DNA from: Amphiscolops sp. MND2022
Taxonomy: Eukaryota
Direction: 5' to 3'
Assembly: GCA_964187785.1 (NCBI GenBank)
Contig: OZ076409.1
Span: 91,700,001 to 91,764,000, forward strand
DNA length: 64,000 nt
The notes beneath the pieces were generated by a model that was not told the DNA's origin, made no database searches, and saw nothing but the letters and a program-made list of their open reading frames with translations. The position numbers and the translations under genes were made by a program. Shown here piece by piece: positions 13,688 through 26,600 of the stretch (position 1 is the first letter of the stretch; every line of letters starts with the position of its first letter).

Positions 13688-16550
13688 ACTATAGCACCGT
13701 GACATTTCCAGCGTGAATTTTGAGAAATGATTCCGTTAAATAAATGGTCATCGAAATCATCAGCTTGGAACACGGAGACGGACGTTCTGCACATGTAAAA
13801 GTTTGTTCCGATTACTTTTCTAGTTTAGATACCTGCATAATTGTTTAATCTATAACATTATTCTTCGCAGATTTTTTGAGAAACCGTTATATATTTTTTA
13901 TACAGATTCATATTGCGAGGTTTTCCATTGGTCATATTCTGAACAAATTGTGTGCATTTTCAATTACAGAGCTTGAAACCATACTTATCATTCTTTTCTT
14001 CCTTGAACAATCTTCGTACTGTCATATAATTCATACTATCATTTTGATTGTTATCTGAAGTCTGTGTTTTTTTTGTACCTGGAATGTTGTTCAAAAGCCT
14101 TTATCTTTTGTTGTCTTGGTAGTTATCTGCTGAAAATTGTTTTCTCGTAATTAATATTCCTTGAAAATAGTTGTTGAAAGTGGATCAAGTATACTTGTTG
14201 TGATATGTCAAAATAATGTAGCAGTTCCCGCCAACCAGCCTATATTTAGTTGTTTGGCAGAGTCCGGATAGAGAATATATCATGCATGTATCTTGCCAGT
14301 ACTGGCTGACATCGTTCAATAATCAAGCCAAGTCCTCAGTGATGGATCGACGACGGACATAAGTTCTTGAACACAAGTGAAGGGACGGGCACTTGTGAAA
14401 AAGATTTGCATCATCCCCAATGCCTTGGTGTGCTGTTATATCATCAGCATAATCACTGCCAACGAAGAAGAGAGAAAGAATAAAAAAGTAGGCGACACAT
14501 TGTTGTATCCTTGCTTCGCGTTCTTACACTTTGCTGTACCCTTCTTGTTCCATGGTAAGTGTGCCATGGTGGCATCAACGCGGTGCTATCTGCATGAGAT
14601 GAATCCATAATCTATCCTGTAACAACAAGTTTCCCATGTCTTGGCTACTGCCATATCCTTCTTCATTCATCTCGGTGGCTGGCTGCAGACGTTGGAATAA
14701 AAGCAGGAGGCCTCGCAACAAGGCAAGCCTCACTTTTTCTTCTCTTCTTGCTGTTATTTATATCTCTGTCTTGTAATGTTATACTAAATGAAGTTACCGG
14801 CACCACTGTATCTTAATAGTACTTCTACTACCAGTGTAACTCTGCTGTGGCACTAGCACTTGGTTCTAGCTCTCTCTTTTGGTTCTTGCTTCTTTCCCTG
14901 TCTTGTCTTGTCCTGTCTTGCTTTTCCCTTGTCTTCTTTTGTGTCGTCATACTGCCCTTCTTGTGGAATTGTGTAACTCGGCATAGCGTATATTATTATA
15001 TATGCCGTGTCTCTTTTCAGCTATCCCAAATGCATATATGATGCAGTAAGAGTATATTGTGGAATATAAAATATCATCATCATCATCATTTCCATTCCTC
15101 TCGTTGTCTATCCTATCTTTCTTATCCTCTTATATCCATCGCTACATATCCGTCCCCTATTTATTCCTGTTTGCGTCTTGACGAATCATGGAACAGGACA
15201 AAGGAGCAAGGCAAAAGAATCGCAACTAGAAGAACAAGAATATTAAAAATCTAATAGAAGTACATCTACACTGAGGAACTAGCTCCATCTTTCTATTCTT
15301 TGTTGCGCCTGTCCGCAATGCACGACCTCTGCAAAGAAGCGGCTCCTCCATTGCCTCAGAATCGTTCTTCTCCTCTTTCGCCTAATATCTTATGCAAACG
15401 CAAAGCCTCTTGCCTCATCTTCCATTCTCGCCACACTGTGGTCACCGCTCCTCAGTTTTTTGTCTTGCTTCTATCCGCGTTACAAGATGATAGCAAAGAA
15501 GAACTAGAGCAAGAACAGTAGAAGAGAATTCTTCTCAAGACGGTCGCCACCGCCGCCGCTGTCACAGCCTCAACTAGCACCAGTTATAGTACTACACCCT
15601 GTTGCAGTTCTGGTAATAGAAGTAGTGTAATAGCAGCGGTAGTAGCGGCAACTGCGGTAGTGGCAGAAGGTTAGCCATATCTCAGCTATAATCATCATCC
15701 CATATCTGTGTCCAATCCCTACAAAAAACAACCAACGCAAAGAATATCCCATCTTCTCTCTGTCTTTCTGTCTTCTATCCGCTGCTATCCGTCGTCCCCG
15801 TCCAAAGCAACCACCTCTAACAACAACCTTCTTGCACTTTCATTCTCTCCATTCGATTCTTGTGCAGCAGTCAGTCACTGTATCATCTGCGCGGCGGTAA
15901 GTAAGACCACTAACTCAACTTCTTCTTTCCTGATTTCTTCCCCTCAATCCATCCATCTGCACTGCACTGCTCCATTTCTTGTTCCTATCTTTTCCTCGCA
16001 TTCTTGTTCCGCCTGTATCCTAGCAACCACCCAACCTCTACCGTTCAGCATCATCATCATCATCATCCGTTCTGCTCATCCACGCATTCCCATTCTTACA
16101 ACCTCTCCTTCTCTCTTCTCCCACACTCGCTTCCCTATTTTTGCCTCAAATCATCTTGCTCCCTTGTTTCCCTCTCTTTTCCAGGCGACGGCTGCTGCTG
16201 TTGTTATAGCTACTGCTGCCCTGTCTCAGCCATTAGACTCTTCTCTTCTCCTATCCCCCGCTCTTTCTCTCTCTGTCTTTTCTGTCTTTTCTCATCCCCG
16301 TTGCTGTGCCATTTGAATCCATCATTTCAGACACCAGGTCTCCCAATTCTTCCCGCTCGCCGCTCTCTTATCCTGTCTTCCTTTCGACCCAGGAGCGACG
16401 CCATCTTTCTCCGCTTTCGTTTTCAATGTCAACACATCATCAACTTTCCAACACTCTTCTTACTCCTGCTCGATTTACTCCATCTTACTTCATCATCCCT
16501 ATACCCCTACTGCTCTTGCTCCTCTAATAACCTCCTCGGTCTAATTTTAA

Positions 16551-16571
16551 CACACACACACACACACACAC
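16551..16571 (+). repeat. (AC)n microsatellite
   Basis: CACACACA run. Confidence 0.9.
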
Positions 16572-19223
16572 CGAGGAAACTTCACTTCTCACTATCCCTT
16601 CTTTTTTGTTTTCCCTCTCGGCCAAATCCTCTATTTGCTCTTTCCTCTCTAATCGCCACTTTTCTTACTTTGTGCCATATTCGTTCCTTTTTTTAAAGTG
16701 CTATTAAGTCCTACCAATTTTACAAGCAATTCCTGTGAAAATGCAATTCCTTTTCCACCAAAAAACCAACACGTATATTTTGATCCAAACCGTGCAACAA
16801 ACATTTTGAGGTTATTTGCTGTTTCGTGTCCTCTTCTCAATCCAGAGAATTGATCTTGTTGCTCTTGTAATTTCGCCCAATCACAGTCCTTCTATAATAA
16901 AAAGTTAGTTATTCACAGTTGAATTTTGCGGAAATGAGACTTGAATAAATTAGTAATTTAGAATATTTTCGGTTCACTAATGTTTGTTCGTTTTGATGAA
17001 ATTGGATATCTTTCTATCTCCCCTGACTCCAATATTGTGTCGAATAATTCATGAATCCGGTCAATACCATTAGGAACTAGTATTTCATTTGTTGATGGAA
17101 ATTTCCATACCCAGTGGCACTCTCCTGCTTCAAAGATTTTCATTTTTTTTTCGTCTGGAGATGTGAATGTATCCAAAAACCTGACTGTATTTTTTAAATC
17201 GCATTGGACAACATTGACACTATTGTTCTTAAACATACCTCTGGACTAAAACGCTGCATGTGTTTTTTTACAATGACTATGCTGATGAGTTTACTATATG
17301 TCTTTTAAAATAGTTGACACTTCCTATATGTTCCTCTTAGATTTTTTCGTCTGATACTTCCATGATTTTTAGGTGACTTCATTTTTCCAGTCAAAAATTT
17401 TGCTTGAGAAATGTTATGAAAGCATATGGTTATAGTTTAAGTTGATTAGCAGCGGCATTTGACCGAAAAGGACTTTTTTAGATTTGCCATATTTCATTAT
17501 TGGGAATCCATGGTAATGGTAGGTATTTTGATATATACGTTTTAAATATATTATATTTATTCGGCTTGCAGCCACGTTTTTCTATAAAAAATGCGGTTTT
17601 TAAGAGCATCGTCTTCATTGTTATATTTCCAAATGTTAACCAGAAATTCAAGGAACTTCTGTAACTTGGATCCCAATTTTTCCGAATGTTTTCCAAAGTG
17701 AATAGGAAAACCCGAATTTTCTATTGATTTTCCTTTGAAAATGTGAGCAAAACTTTCTTGGCGACCTGTTATGCTGCGGCTTCTAATCAACAGCGGCTTC
17801 TATTTTGAAAATTGAAGCAACACCAAGTCTGACTACAACTTTTATTACATGAACTTGTAAACTTATAAATCAGTTCAGGTTGAGTAAAATAGGCGCAGTA
17901 GTCAATTTTACTGATGCTTTTCAAAAGAAACCACGTAAACAGGTAGAGAGATCCAACGTCTAAGCATCGAAAAATAGGAAAATTGAAATGGGGATCCTCT
18001 GGTATTCGGAGAAATTTGGTGAATCAAAAGAAAATGTTTGCATCAATGAATTAGGACGCTTGTAAGCGAAAGAAGCGAAAGCGATGTAATATCCGAATAA
18101 GCTCCGACAGGGAAAGCGACCACTGAAATTTGCGCCCATCTGATTGGTGAGAATATTTTGCTATTTTGGTAAGAAAAACTACACATCTGTTACAGTGGAA
18201 AGTTTTTGAACTGGGCGTTTCACCCGACACCAGTTAACAGATATGCCTCTTGTCGTGGTAGCTTGCTGAGGAAAGAGTAACAGATCGAAATTTCAAACAG
18301 ATGCAGCTTTTGAAAACTTAATTTCGCTAAGCCGAAGTTTTATTCCAAAAAGCGCTGCTTAAGCGTTAGCGGGCCAGTCATAAGCGCAACAAGCGATAAG
18401 CGCGTTTTTTGGTAAAACATAATTCACGTTTGGACTTGGGAAAATAAACTACCCTGTTGCTGTTAGTTGCCAATATTTGGGCTGAAATGCTATAATGGGC
18501 TGGTGAATTCGAACTTCCGACCTCTTGATTCGGAAGTGCTTGAAAAAACATACGAAATTTCCTTCGCTTATATTGTCCTGAAAAAAAGTTGAATGAGGAT
18601 GAGCTAATAAATGATTTTGAATAAGCGAGAAATCAGATTCATATTCCTTTTTCGGGAAATATTTTTTGAAAACAATTAATATTCTTACTATATTTCCTTT
18701 GTTTCATTCGATCTATCGTTAATTTTCCAATCAAAAAAACTCAAAAGAGAAAACCATTTTTTTCTTTTCCCCCTTGACGTGAAAACTAAATTTTAACCTT
18801 ATGAATTGTACTTAAAAAGTTTTTTCACAACAAAGTGTAAAGTAATCAATGCCTGTCTAGGTGTGCAAAGTGCAAACCAGTCAAATTACGTAACTGTAGA
18901 AAGTGTAAAGAAGTCACTTACTGCATTTTAATCACTACGCGTAACGCCAAATCACACAGTGTAACTAGCAAAACACATAACGCGTATTTAAAATAACACC
19001 TTCTTATTGGCTGTTAATCGAACCAGCAAGATCTTGCTACTTTGGTGCGGCATATATATCGTAATGAGATCCTAAAATACTCTACTTCGAGTTACATCTC
19101 AAAAGTAGAATCATTCGGAATTGAAAGATACAGGATCAAAAATGATCTTTTCGAAACAAAATAAGAAACCAAACCTGGTTGTATGTCGTAAGTTCTCAAA
19201 CCTCTGTATGTCGACATTGACGA

Positions 19224-19871
19224 AACAAGCCGGGACCGGCCCAAGTCGGCGCCATATCCAAGGCTCAAAAATAGCAAAAAGACTTCCAAGTGTCAAGTAT
19301 TCTCTTTTACAGTACTCGAAAATCGAAAGTTTTTCACAAAAAAATGGACCGAGTGGCGCGCCGGGGCTCGCTAGTGCGAGCCCTTGGCGCGCTAAAGTTT
19401 CACAATGCCGAAAAACTGAAAGGGGGACCCTTTGAGGTTTTTTAACATCCATTCTGTCGCAAAACATGAAAAAATTGAACAAAAATTTTTATTTTCGGAA
19501 AAAAATCTCAGTGCCGGAAAAAAAAACTGAAAGGGGGGGGGGACCCTTTGGGATTTTCCAACATCCATTCTGTCACAAAACAGCAAAAAAATTGAAGGGG
19601 GACCCTTTGGGGAGAAAAAAATTTCCAGAAAAAATGTCTCGCAGTGCCGAAAAAAATTGGAAGTGGGGACCCTTTGGTCTCCCCGGGTATGGTATGGTAC
19701 GCGGGAAAACAGGAAAAACCTTTTTGGTTCAGTTCGCTAGACCAAATAGTGCAATTTGTTGCAATAATATTTTGTAGAACTTTTAAGAACTATTTTGGTC
19801 TGTTCGTGTGGATTGAAAAAAAAGAAAAGCCACTATAATAGTCGTGTTTCACTTCATGAAGCGCCGACTAA
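19224..19871 (-). mobile_element. Helentron-associated non-autonomous element (HINE/DINE-1-like)
   Basis: On -: TTTTAGTCGGCGCTTCATGAAGTGAAACACGACTA ... GCGCCGACTT, then hairpin GCCGG-TC-CCGGC, then TTGTT. Sits in a T-run without TSD. Internal GGGGGACCCTTT repeats. Confidence 0.8.
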
Positions 19872-22677
19872 AAATGTTCAAATGTTTTTTCTTTATAAAT
19901 AATACTTTTTGCACCGAAAAAAGAGTACAGAAATGGTTTAAAAGTATTGCTGGTCTTTTAAACTGAACAAAAGTATACTATTTGCCTCATCGAAAAGTTT
20001 CCTATTGTAAAAGTAAAAGCCGAAGTGTGTGTCTGAAAAAGCTCTCAACGAAGCTTCATCAACGAAAAGCTCTCTAAGTACAAAGGGAACTTATTTGGTC
20101 AACAGAAATTGTCTTGGATTTCAGCAAAGTTTGGCAGCATTTCCAATATTTTTTGAAACATGGCTGCTCGAGAAACAAAACGCAAAGAACCTGTTCAATT
20201 GTGATCAGCCTGTCTATGACTAACGAATTGATCCTTTTGCAATGGAATCGAGTAACAATTTCTAAAGGAGGCTCTCATTTAGAATGTTTCTACATGTGAT
20301 GTTCAATGTGATGAGCACTTTTTGCCGATTTCGCCCAATATTTTCTCGAAATTATGGAGACAAACGCAAGAGACACACGCATAGTCTCAAATGCTGTTTT
20401 CATCATAATTCTCAAACATCTCAGAAAAACCTCCTGGATTTGCAAAAGACTTTTCCGAACTGAAAAAAAATTGAAAAACAAAAAAAATCTAAACAAGTTG
20501 CACTGTGCCGAAAATGAGCTCAGAAGGCGGAACCTTTGGTTTCATTCAGCTTTACAAATGAAGTAAAATTGTTGAATAATCAAAAGGAGGACCCTTTGGA
20601 TCCTTATATCCTTTTTAGATCTTAGGCTAAAAGTCTGTTTAAAATATACCAGTGATATACATTCCGGAGAAAAAAAAACTAGTCACTGCGCCGACTAGGA
20701 AAACATGTTTTTCAGGGAATTTTAAAATTTAGCTTTTTCTTCGAGAGGAAACTCACGAATCCTTAAGGTAATTATTGTAGGCACGTTTTCAATATAAATT
20801 GACATTTACAAACTAGTCAAGTTCAAGTTTTGTTTAGTTGTGAACAAAAACTTCTTGAATGAGAACATCTTGGAGTCATTTGGACTGTTTCGGGAATGCC
20901 TTGCTTTGAACATAAATAAGCCTCGTTTTGAGAGATCAAGTTTAACTATTCTCATCACCTAGTATTAAACTGATAGATAAAAGCCGCGGCTATTACCTAA
21001 AAGTGCAGCTCTTTGTCAGTTGATAGAACTAAATAAATTTAACTAGCAATCCAACTAGGAAATTTTCCAATTTTTTGGGCGATGCATACTATTACATCTG
21101 TAATGAAATGCGAGATATGGACAAAAAATACAAAAAATGAAATTCGGAAAATTCACTATTTAAATATTTGATTTTGTCTTAATTTTGTTTTCTATGTTGT
21201 GAAATTTTGTAATCTCACAACTCGTCTTTATCAGTTGGGAACTTTGTTGGGAACATCTGAAAGATCGATTTGAATTCAATTAACCTTCTAAAGTCAACTA
21301 ATTCATTTTCGAATGGTGAACATTTGACAATCGTTGGCAATTGGTTGGGGAAATTTTGGAATTAAGCAATTTAACTAATTAAAAAGAATATCAATGTTGA
21401 GAGCAAATTTGTGTTGCCTTAAACTTTGTGAGTTCATTTCGAATTTAATTGCGTCCAATTTCGATAATGTACTTGTTACAAGCCTCATTACTATTTGCTT
21501 TTGTTTCGTTCAATTATACCTATGCTTTCCCGTCTATGAAAACATTAATTGAGCCAACTTGAATTTTTTTTCAGTTATTTTCACGAGGTATGTTCGACAA
21601 CCCACATTATAATTCATCCCACGTTTTGACTGTTTTGTTCAACGCCGTTAATAAAAAGACATTTTCAAAATCCATCCGCTTTTGTAGCACTCAATTCAAG
21701 GTTAAAAATTAAGAGTATATGTATTAAATTACGGACGTATTTTTGTCGACTTTTTTTACAGTAGCATGAATGCTAGAACAAATTTAGTCTCATGATGAGG
21801 GATTATTCACTGTCGCCTAGGATATCTGTGCAAATTTCGGGAATCTTTGATATGAATCTTAGCTGTATTGAAAAGTTTTTGCTTAAAGCGGCATTTTTTA
21901 CAGAGAACGTGAGAAGCTTTTGCTGTATGTAAATGTGAAATGTAAATTATTTTTTCTTGCGTTTTTGTAAACAGTTTTTAAATAGTTTTTGTGTCTTTTC
22001 AATTGCAATAACTTATTTAGTTGGGTAATCAGCATAAGGCAGTTAGTCATTATCGCAAGCATCAATATCTTTCCATATGTAAGTGTGTTGCAAATTGCCG
22101 CGTTTTGCTCCTAGCCACTAAATAATTTCTTCTCACACTTTTCAATGCTTTCTTCTTTCACCGCTGACAAGAGCGGGAATATCAAGGAGTGATTAAAACG
22201 GAGAAGAGAGTGTCGTCGGGATAACCTGAACAAGATGTGAACAAAGTACGGAGCTGAACAGATGAACAAGAATGGAAGAAAATGAGAGCGAGAGAAAAAA
22301 AGAAACTACAACTATTAGTGTTACGTCACCACATCCACTGTGTAAAAGAATCTACTGCTTCCACTGTGCTGCTTCCCAGGAAGAGAGAGAGAGAGAGGAA
22401 AAGAATTATTCTTCTGCCTTCTGCACCACTTTTTTCACACTGCGACGTGTTTGTCGTGCAGCAGCAGCAATCATACAGGAGCGAGAACGAGTTTAGATTG
22501 AATTGATTGAAAATTCTTCTTGCCTTCGCTTCTTGTTCTTGCGCGATGCTCCGCTTCGTGTTTTGTCGCCTCAAATTATCCCACTTTGTGAACCAACAGC
22601 GTCCGCATCGCCGCCACAACTACTGATAATTCGCTCACTTTTTCTTACTTCTCAGGTCCCTGTTTTTTCCTCTATTC

Positions 22678-22725
22678 CATCATCATCATCATCATTATCA
22701 TCATCGCCATCATCATCATCATCAT
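22678..22725 (+). repeat. (CAT)n microsatellite
   Basis: Imperfect CATCATCAT run. Confidence 0.9.
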
Positions 22726-23625
22726 CGGCATCGTTTCGTATTGCCCTCATTCCCAGAGAACTACTAGCTTGTGCGTCGTGGCGCAAAGACGCTGCTCTCT
22801 TTGGTACCTCTGCTCATGTCAAGATATATCATGTGTATATATCACTTGTGCTGATTTGTGCCTCGACGATACCAATACCGCGTGGCTGCTCAAATAATGG
22901 AAGTAATGGAAGAAGATGTAGCTCAAGCTGCAATTTCGGCGGCCGCGCTTCGCAACTTCCGCGGCTGCGCAGAGCAAGACGAAGACAGAGCAGCAGCTAT
23001 CGTACCACCATAGTTGTCTTGTCCCCTCTTTCTTAATTCTTTCCATCATCGCCTCAATTTTTCCCGATATCTTTCCTGGTTTTTGCCATGCGGTAGTTGT
23101 TAGTTATCCCACATCTGTAGGCTACTGAATACAAGACACGCGGCTAAGTAATAAAATGGCGGCGAAGACATAACTACTACTGCTGCTGCTGCTGCTGTTA
23201 CTGCTAACTGACTTTCAGTTGAGCTGCGAAGGAAGAAGTCTTACTTGTTGTCTTTGCAATGTAGTTATTATCACTTGCTGATTTGTTTTTTTTTGCTACC
23301 TGCGCCGCGACTTACTTAACTTGCTGTCGTCCGTCGCTGAGCAGTTTTGAGCAGCGCGGATTCTGCTCTAATTTACGCGTTTTTCCATATGAGGGAAATT
23401 AGAAAGTGCAAAGTAGCTAAACATTTGACGCCAGAAAGTAAATTCACATTTTTGATTAACTGTTAATCAATTCGCCTTGTCAAATTGTCTTCTTAATTGG
23501 TTATCTGTCGTTTTAGATCTGCTTTCCACGGAACACAACAAATACCTAAAGATCTTGCTTAGTTTACTACACTCGCGCTTTCCTTTCCTCTTCGCCACTA
23601 CAACTCTACCGCCGCTTCACCGCCA

Positions 23626-26600
23626 ATGGCACTAACCAATTCAGAAGGTAAGCCATGAATCACAACCACTTTTCTAATTTTTGACATTTATCCCAACTTT
23701 TATATTCTTTCGAGTTTCGACATTTTCACAACATCAGCGCTGACCTGTCATTTTGATATTAATCCATGTCCGAAAAGGGCATTGATGAAAATTACGAAAA
23801 AAAACAACGGGAGAACAACGGTGGGATCATATGTGAATACTGTTTTAACTATTTTTAGGACGTGAAAATGTCCCATTGATTATTGACAAACTGAAGTCAA
23901 CTGCTTATGTAATGCATTTTGAACCGAATTAGACTTTAAACTTCAAAATGTGTGGACCTTAGTTTCATGTCATTTTGGCCGTAACATGAAAGGGGCAATA
24001 ACACGTCTCTTAAAAAACCGCATCTTTCCGTTTCCCCACTAATTTCACATTGAAAGGCATGCCTTGTAATAGCTGAATTCAAGATTGAGCGAATTTGATC
24101 GTCAGAGGTGGCATGTTTTAAAACAGGGTGGTTTAAAACTGTTTTAAAACAGTTTTAAAACAATGCCATTTTCAGGGGTGTTTTAAAATAGCTATCGTTC
24201 TTTTCATTTTCGCAGACCTCCTTTCAGTTGTGCAGAATCCTTTATCTTGTGTTTTTCAAATCTGGATGGGGTTTTTTCATCCATTGGTCACGTACATTCT
24301 GAAATTTGGAATATACTGAAATCTGAGAAAGCCAGTAAACTGGCCTTTTGTATGCGTTTGCTTAATTCAGCTTCATTTTCGAGTAATTTCTGTGATAATG
24401 AAGTGAATTAAGTTTTTTCAGCTCTCAAACTCTGTTGTAAAACGTTTTAAACGTATAATAATACTTTTAAACGTTTTAACCAACCCTGTTGATCATGCAT
24501 CTTTTGTTCCAAGGTTGTAAAGGTGTTTCATTGATGAATAGAAAACAAGAAAAAAACGGATAAAACATTTTTTTTAAAAAAAAGTTTTTTCAGATACTTC
24601 TCTACAGTTGTTTATGGTCTGGTTTCTGACTGTTCAATTTGTTTGGCACTTTTCACCTTTTTCCAGATCAGAATGTCTCGTGTGAAAGATGATATCTGTA
24701 TAAAGTTCATTGAAGTTAATGACTTTCATGCCTTGTATTCATTTGTTACATTTTTGTACAATAAAATATTTGGCAATAAATGAAAACCCATTGTGCATAA
24801 CACATTGTTTTCCCCGGTAGTTTTCACAAGCGGAAAACAATAAAATACAAAAAACAGTATATTTCGGGAAAAAACATGTTTAAAATATTTTTCAGTAATT
24901 ACCCGAGTTTTCGGAAATCACAAATTTTGCAAAATTCGTCCTTAATTCTTACCAATTATGCATTTCTTACAAGAATCCTACAAGTTTGTACAAGAATCGC
25001 AAATTTTGCAAATTTGGTACAATGTTGAACATTTCTTACCAGAATTTGATAACTTTTACCAAAATTTGCATCTATTCGTAAGAAATTCTTACAAAAAATG
25101 CGATGTGCTATTTCGACCAAAAATTGGTTCAAGATTTTTTGGACTCATTTTGTGTCTTTTTTGAATAGCATCTGAAGTAAAAGTCTGTATCTCTAACAGG
25201 GTTACCTTAATATCACAACCCTGTTTGGTTCTAGGTGGCCGCACCTTCCACTTTAACTTCTCCCTGTCTGAGAAGCTGCTAGCCAGTCTCAGGGGTGACG
25301 GAACCTGTTCGTCGGACTCGGCCGACAACAGAGACTCGTGTGAGACCGAGATCCTGCTGATGAGCAAGTGTCTCAGCTTCAGTTTCGGCTCCCTCATCTG
25401 CAAAGCCACCCAGGAGCCTTACCCCACTGTGGACATGTCCAATGGCTCCAACTTGAACAACCACACTTCCAACACCTCACAAGGTTGGTTGTTCATTCCT
25501 CACACTATTGCTTCATTATTTTCCAGCGTGCATGTGTTATTTAACACTGTTTTTTAACTACCCTATAAATAAAAGTGTTTTCTTTTTCGTTTTGGGAACA
25601 GTTGTTTGTTACATACTTGGCGTTTTTACAAGGTTTTCCAAATGTTTACCAATATTGTCGTGTCATGTGTCATTTTGAAGCTCGCGAGACGTTATTTATG
25701 ATTCAATGACTCAGATTTCAGCAAAGATTTAATGGATTTTATGCAAGCGTACCTTTTCCCCCAACCTTTTAATGAAAACTTTAAATTTCTCTGAAACTGT
25801 TCATCGGTTTATAATATACTGGTTTATAATTGAACGCTTTTTGTTTCAGCCAAGTACCTGGATGAGGCTCACGAGGACCAGAGTGCCTTCGAACCCCTGG
25901 ATCTAAGTGTTTACAATCAGGAGGACTCCCCCATGTGTGTTCAGTCTCAGCTCCCCACCACCGCCACCATGCTGGAACATTCCTTCACACCCAGATATGC
26001 AACTAATAATAACTTGGCCAATGACGTCACGAAACTAGCTGCTCCCACCCACAATGTAATGCACAAAACCTCAATGGGTTCTACCCGCAAACGTCCGCTG
26101 TCTCCGATATCCAAGTTCAAAAACCAGTTTGATGGCAAAGTCCTCAGCGCAAAAAACTCAAATGCAATAGGCGTCGATGAATCTTTTCCTGATATCAGGG
26201 ATCACAAAAACTGGAACCGGTGGACCGGCGTAGGGTCTGATGGTGACTCATCGAATTACAAGAGGGAATGTAAGTAGTTCTTCATTGTTTATTTCGCATC
26301 GTCATTATGCAGTTTTTGAAGTCTTCAATTTTTCCCTTCTAACATATAACTTACTTTTCCCCTAAATAATGACAACCCCAGTTTACTGCTAAGCGAAATA
26401 AAAAATCACCAAAATATATCAAGGTCAAAAAATGGAAGAAAATAAGACTTGTGAAAATCTTCGCGCGTCATTTTATTTGACCTCTATATACATTTTTTGA
26501 CTTTTCAGTAATTACTTTTCAACATGCTTTTCCGTCCACTCCATTCTGTCGTCTCCGCTGTTGCATCACATTTTTTTCAGTATATTAGGCGAGGAAAATG

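Noticed and set aside
15708..16696. 202-aa and 230-aa ORFs
   Set aside because: Low-complexity products of C/T-rich sequence, non-ATG starts and no domain motifs.
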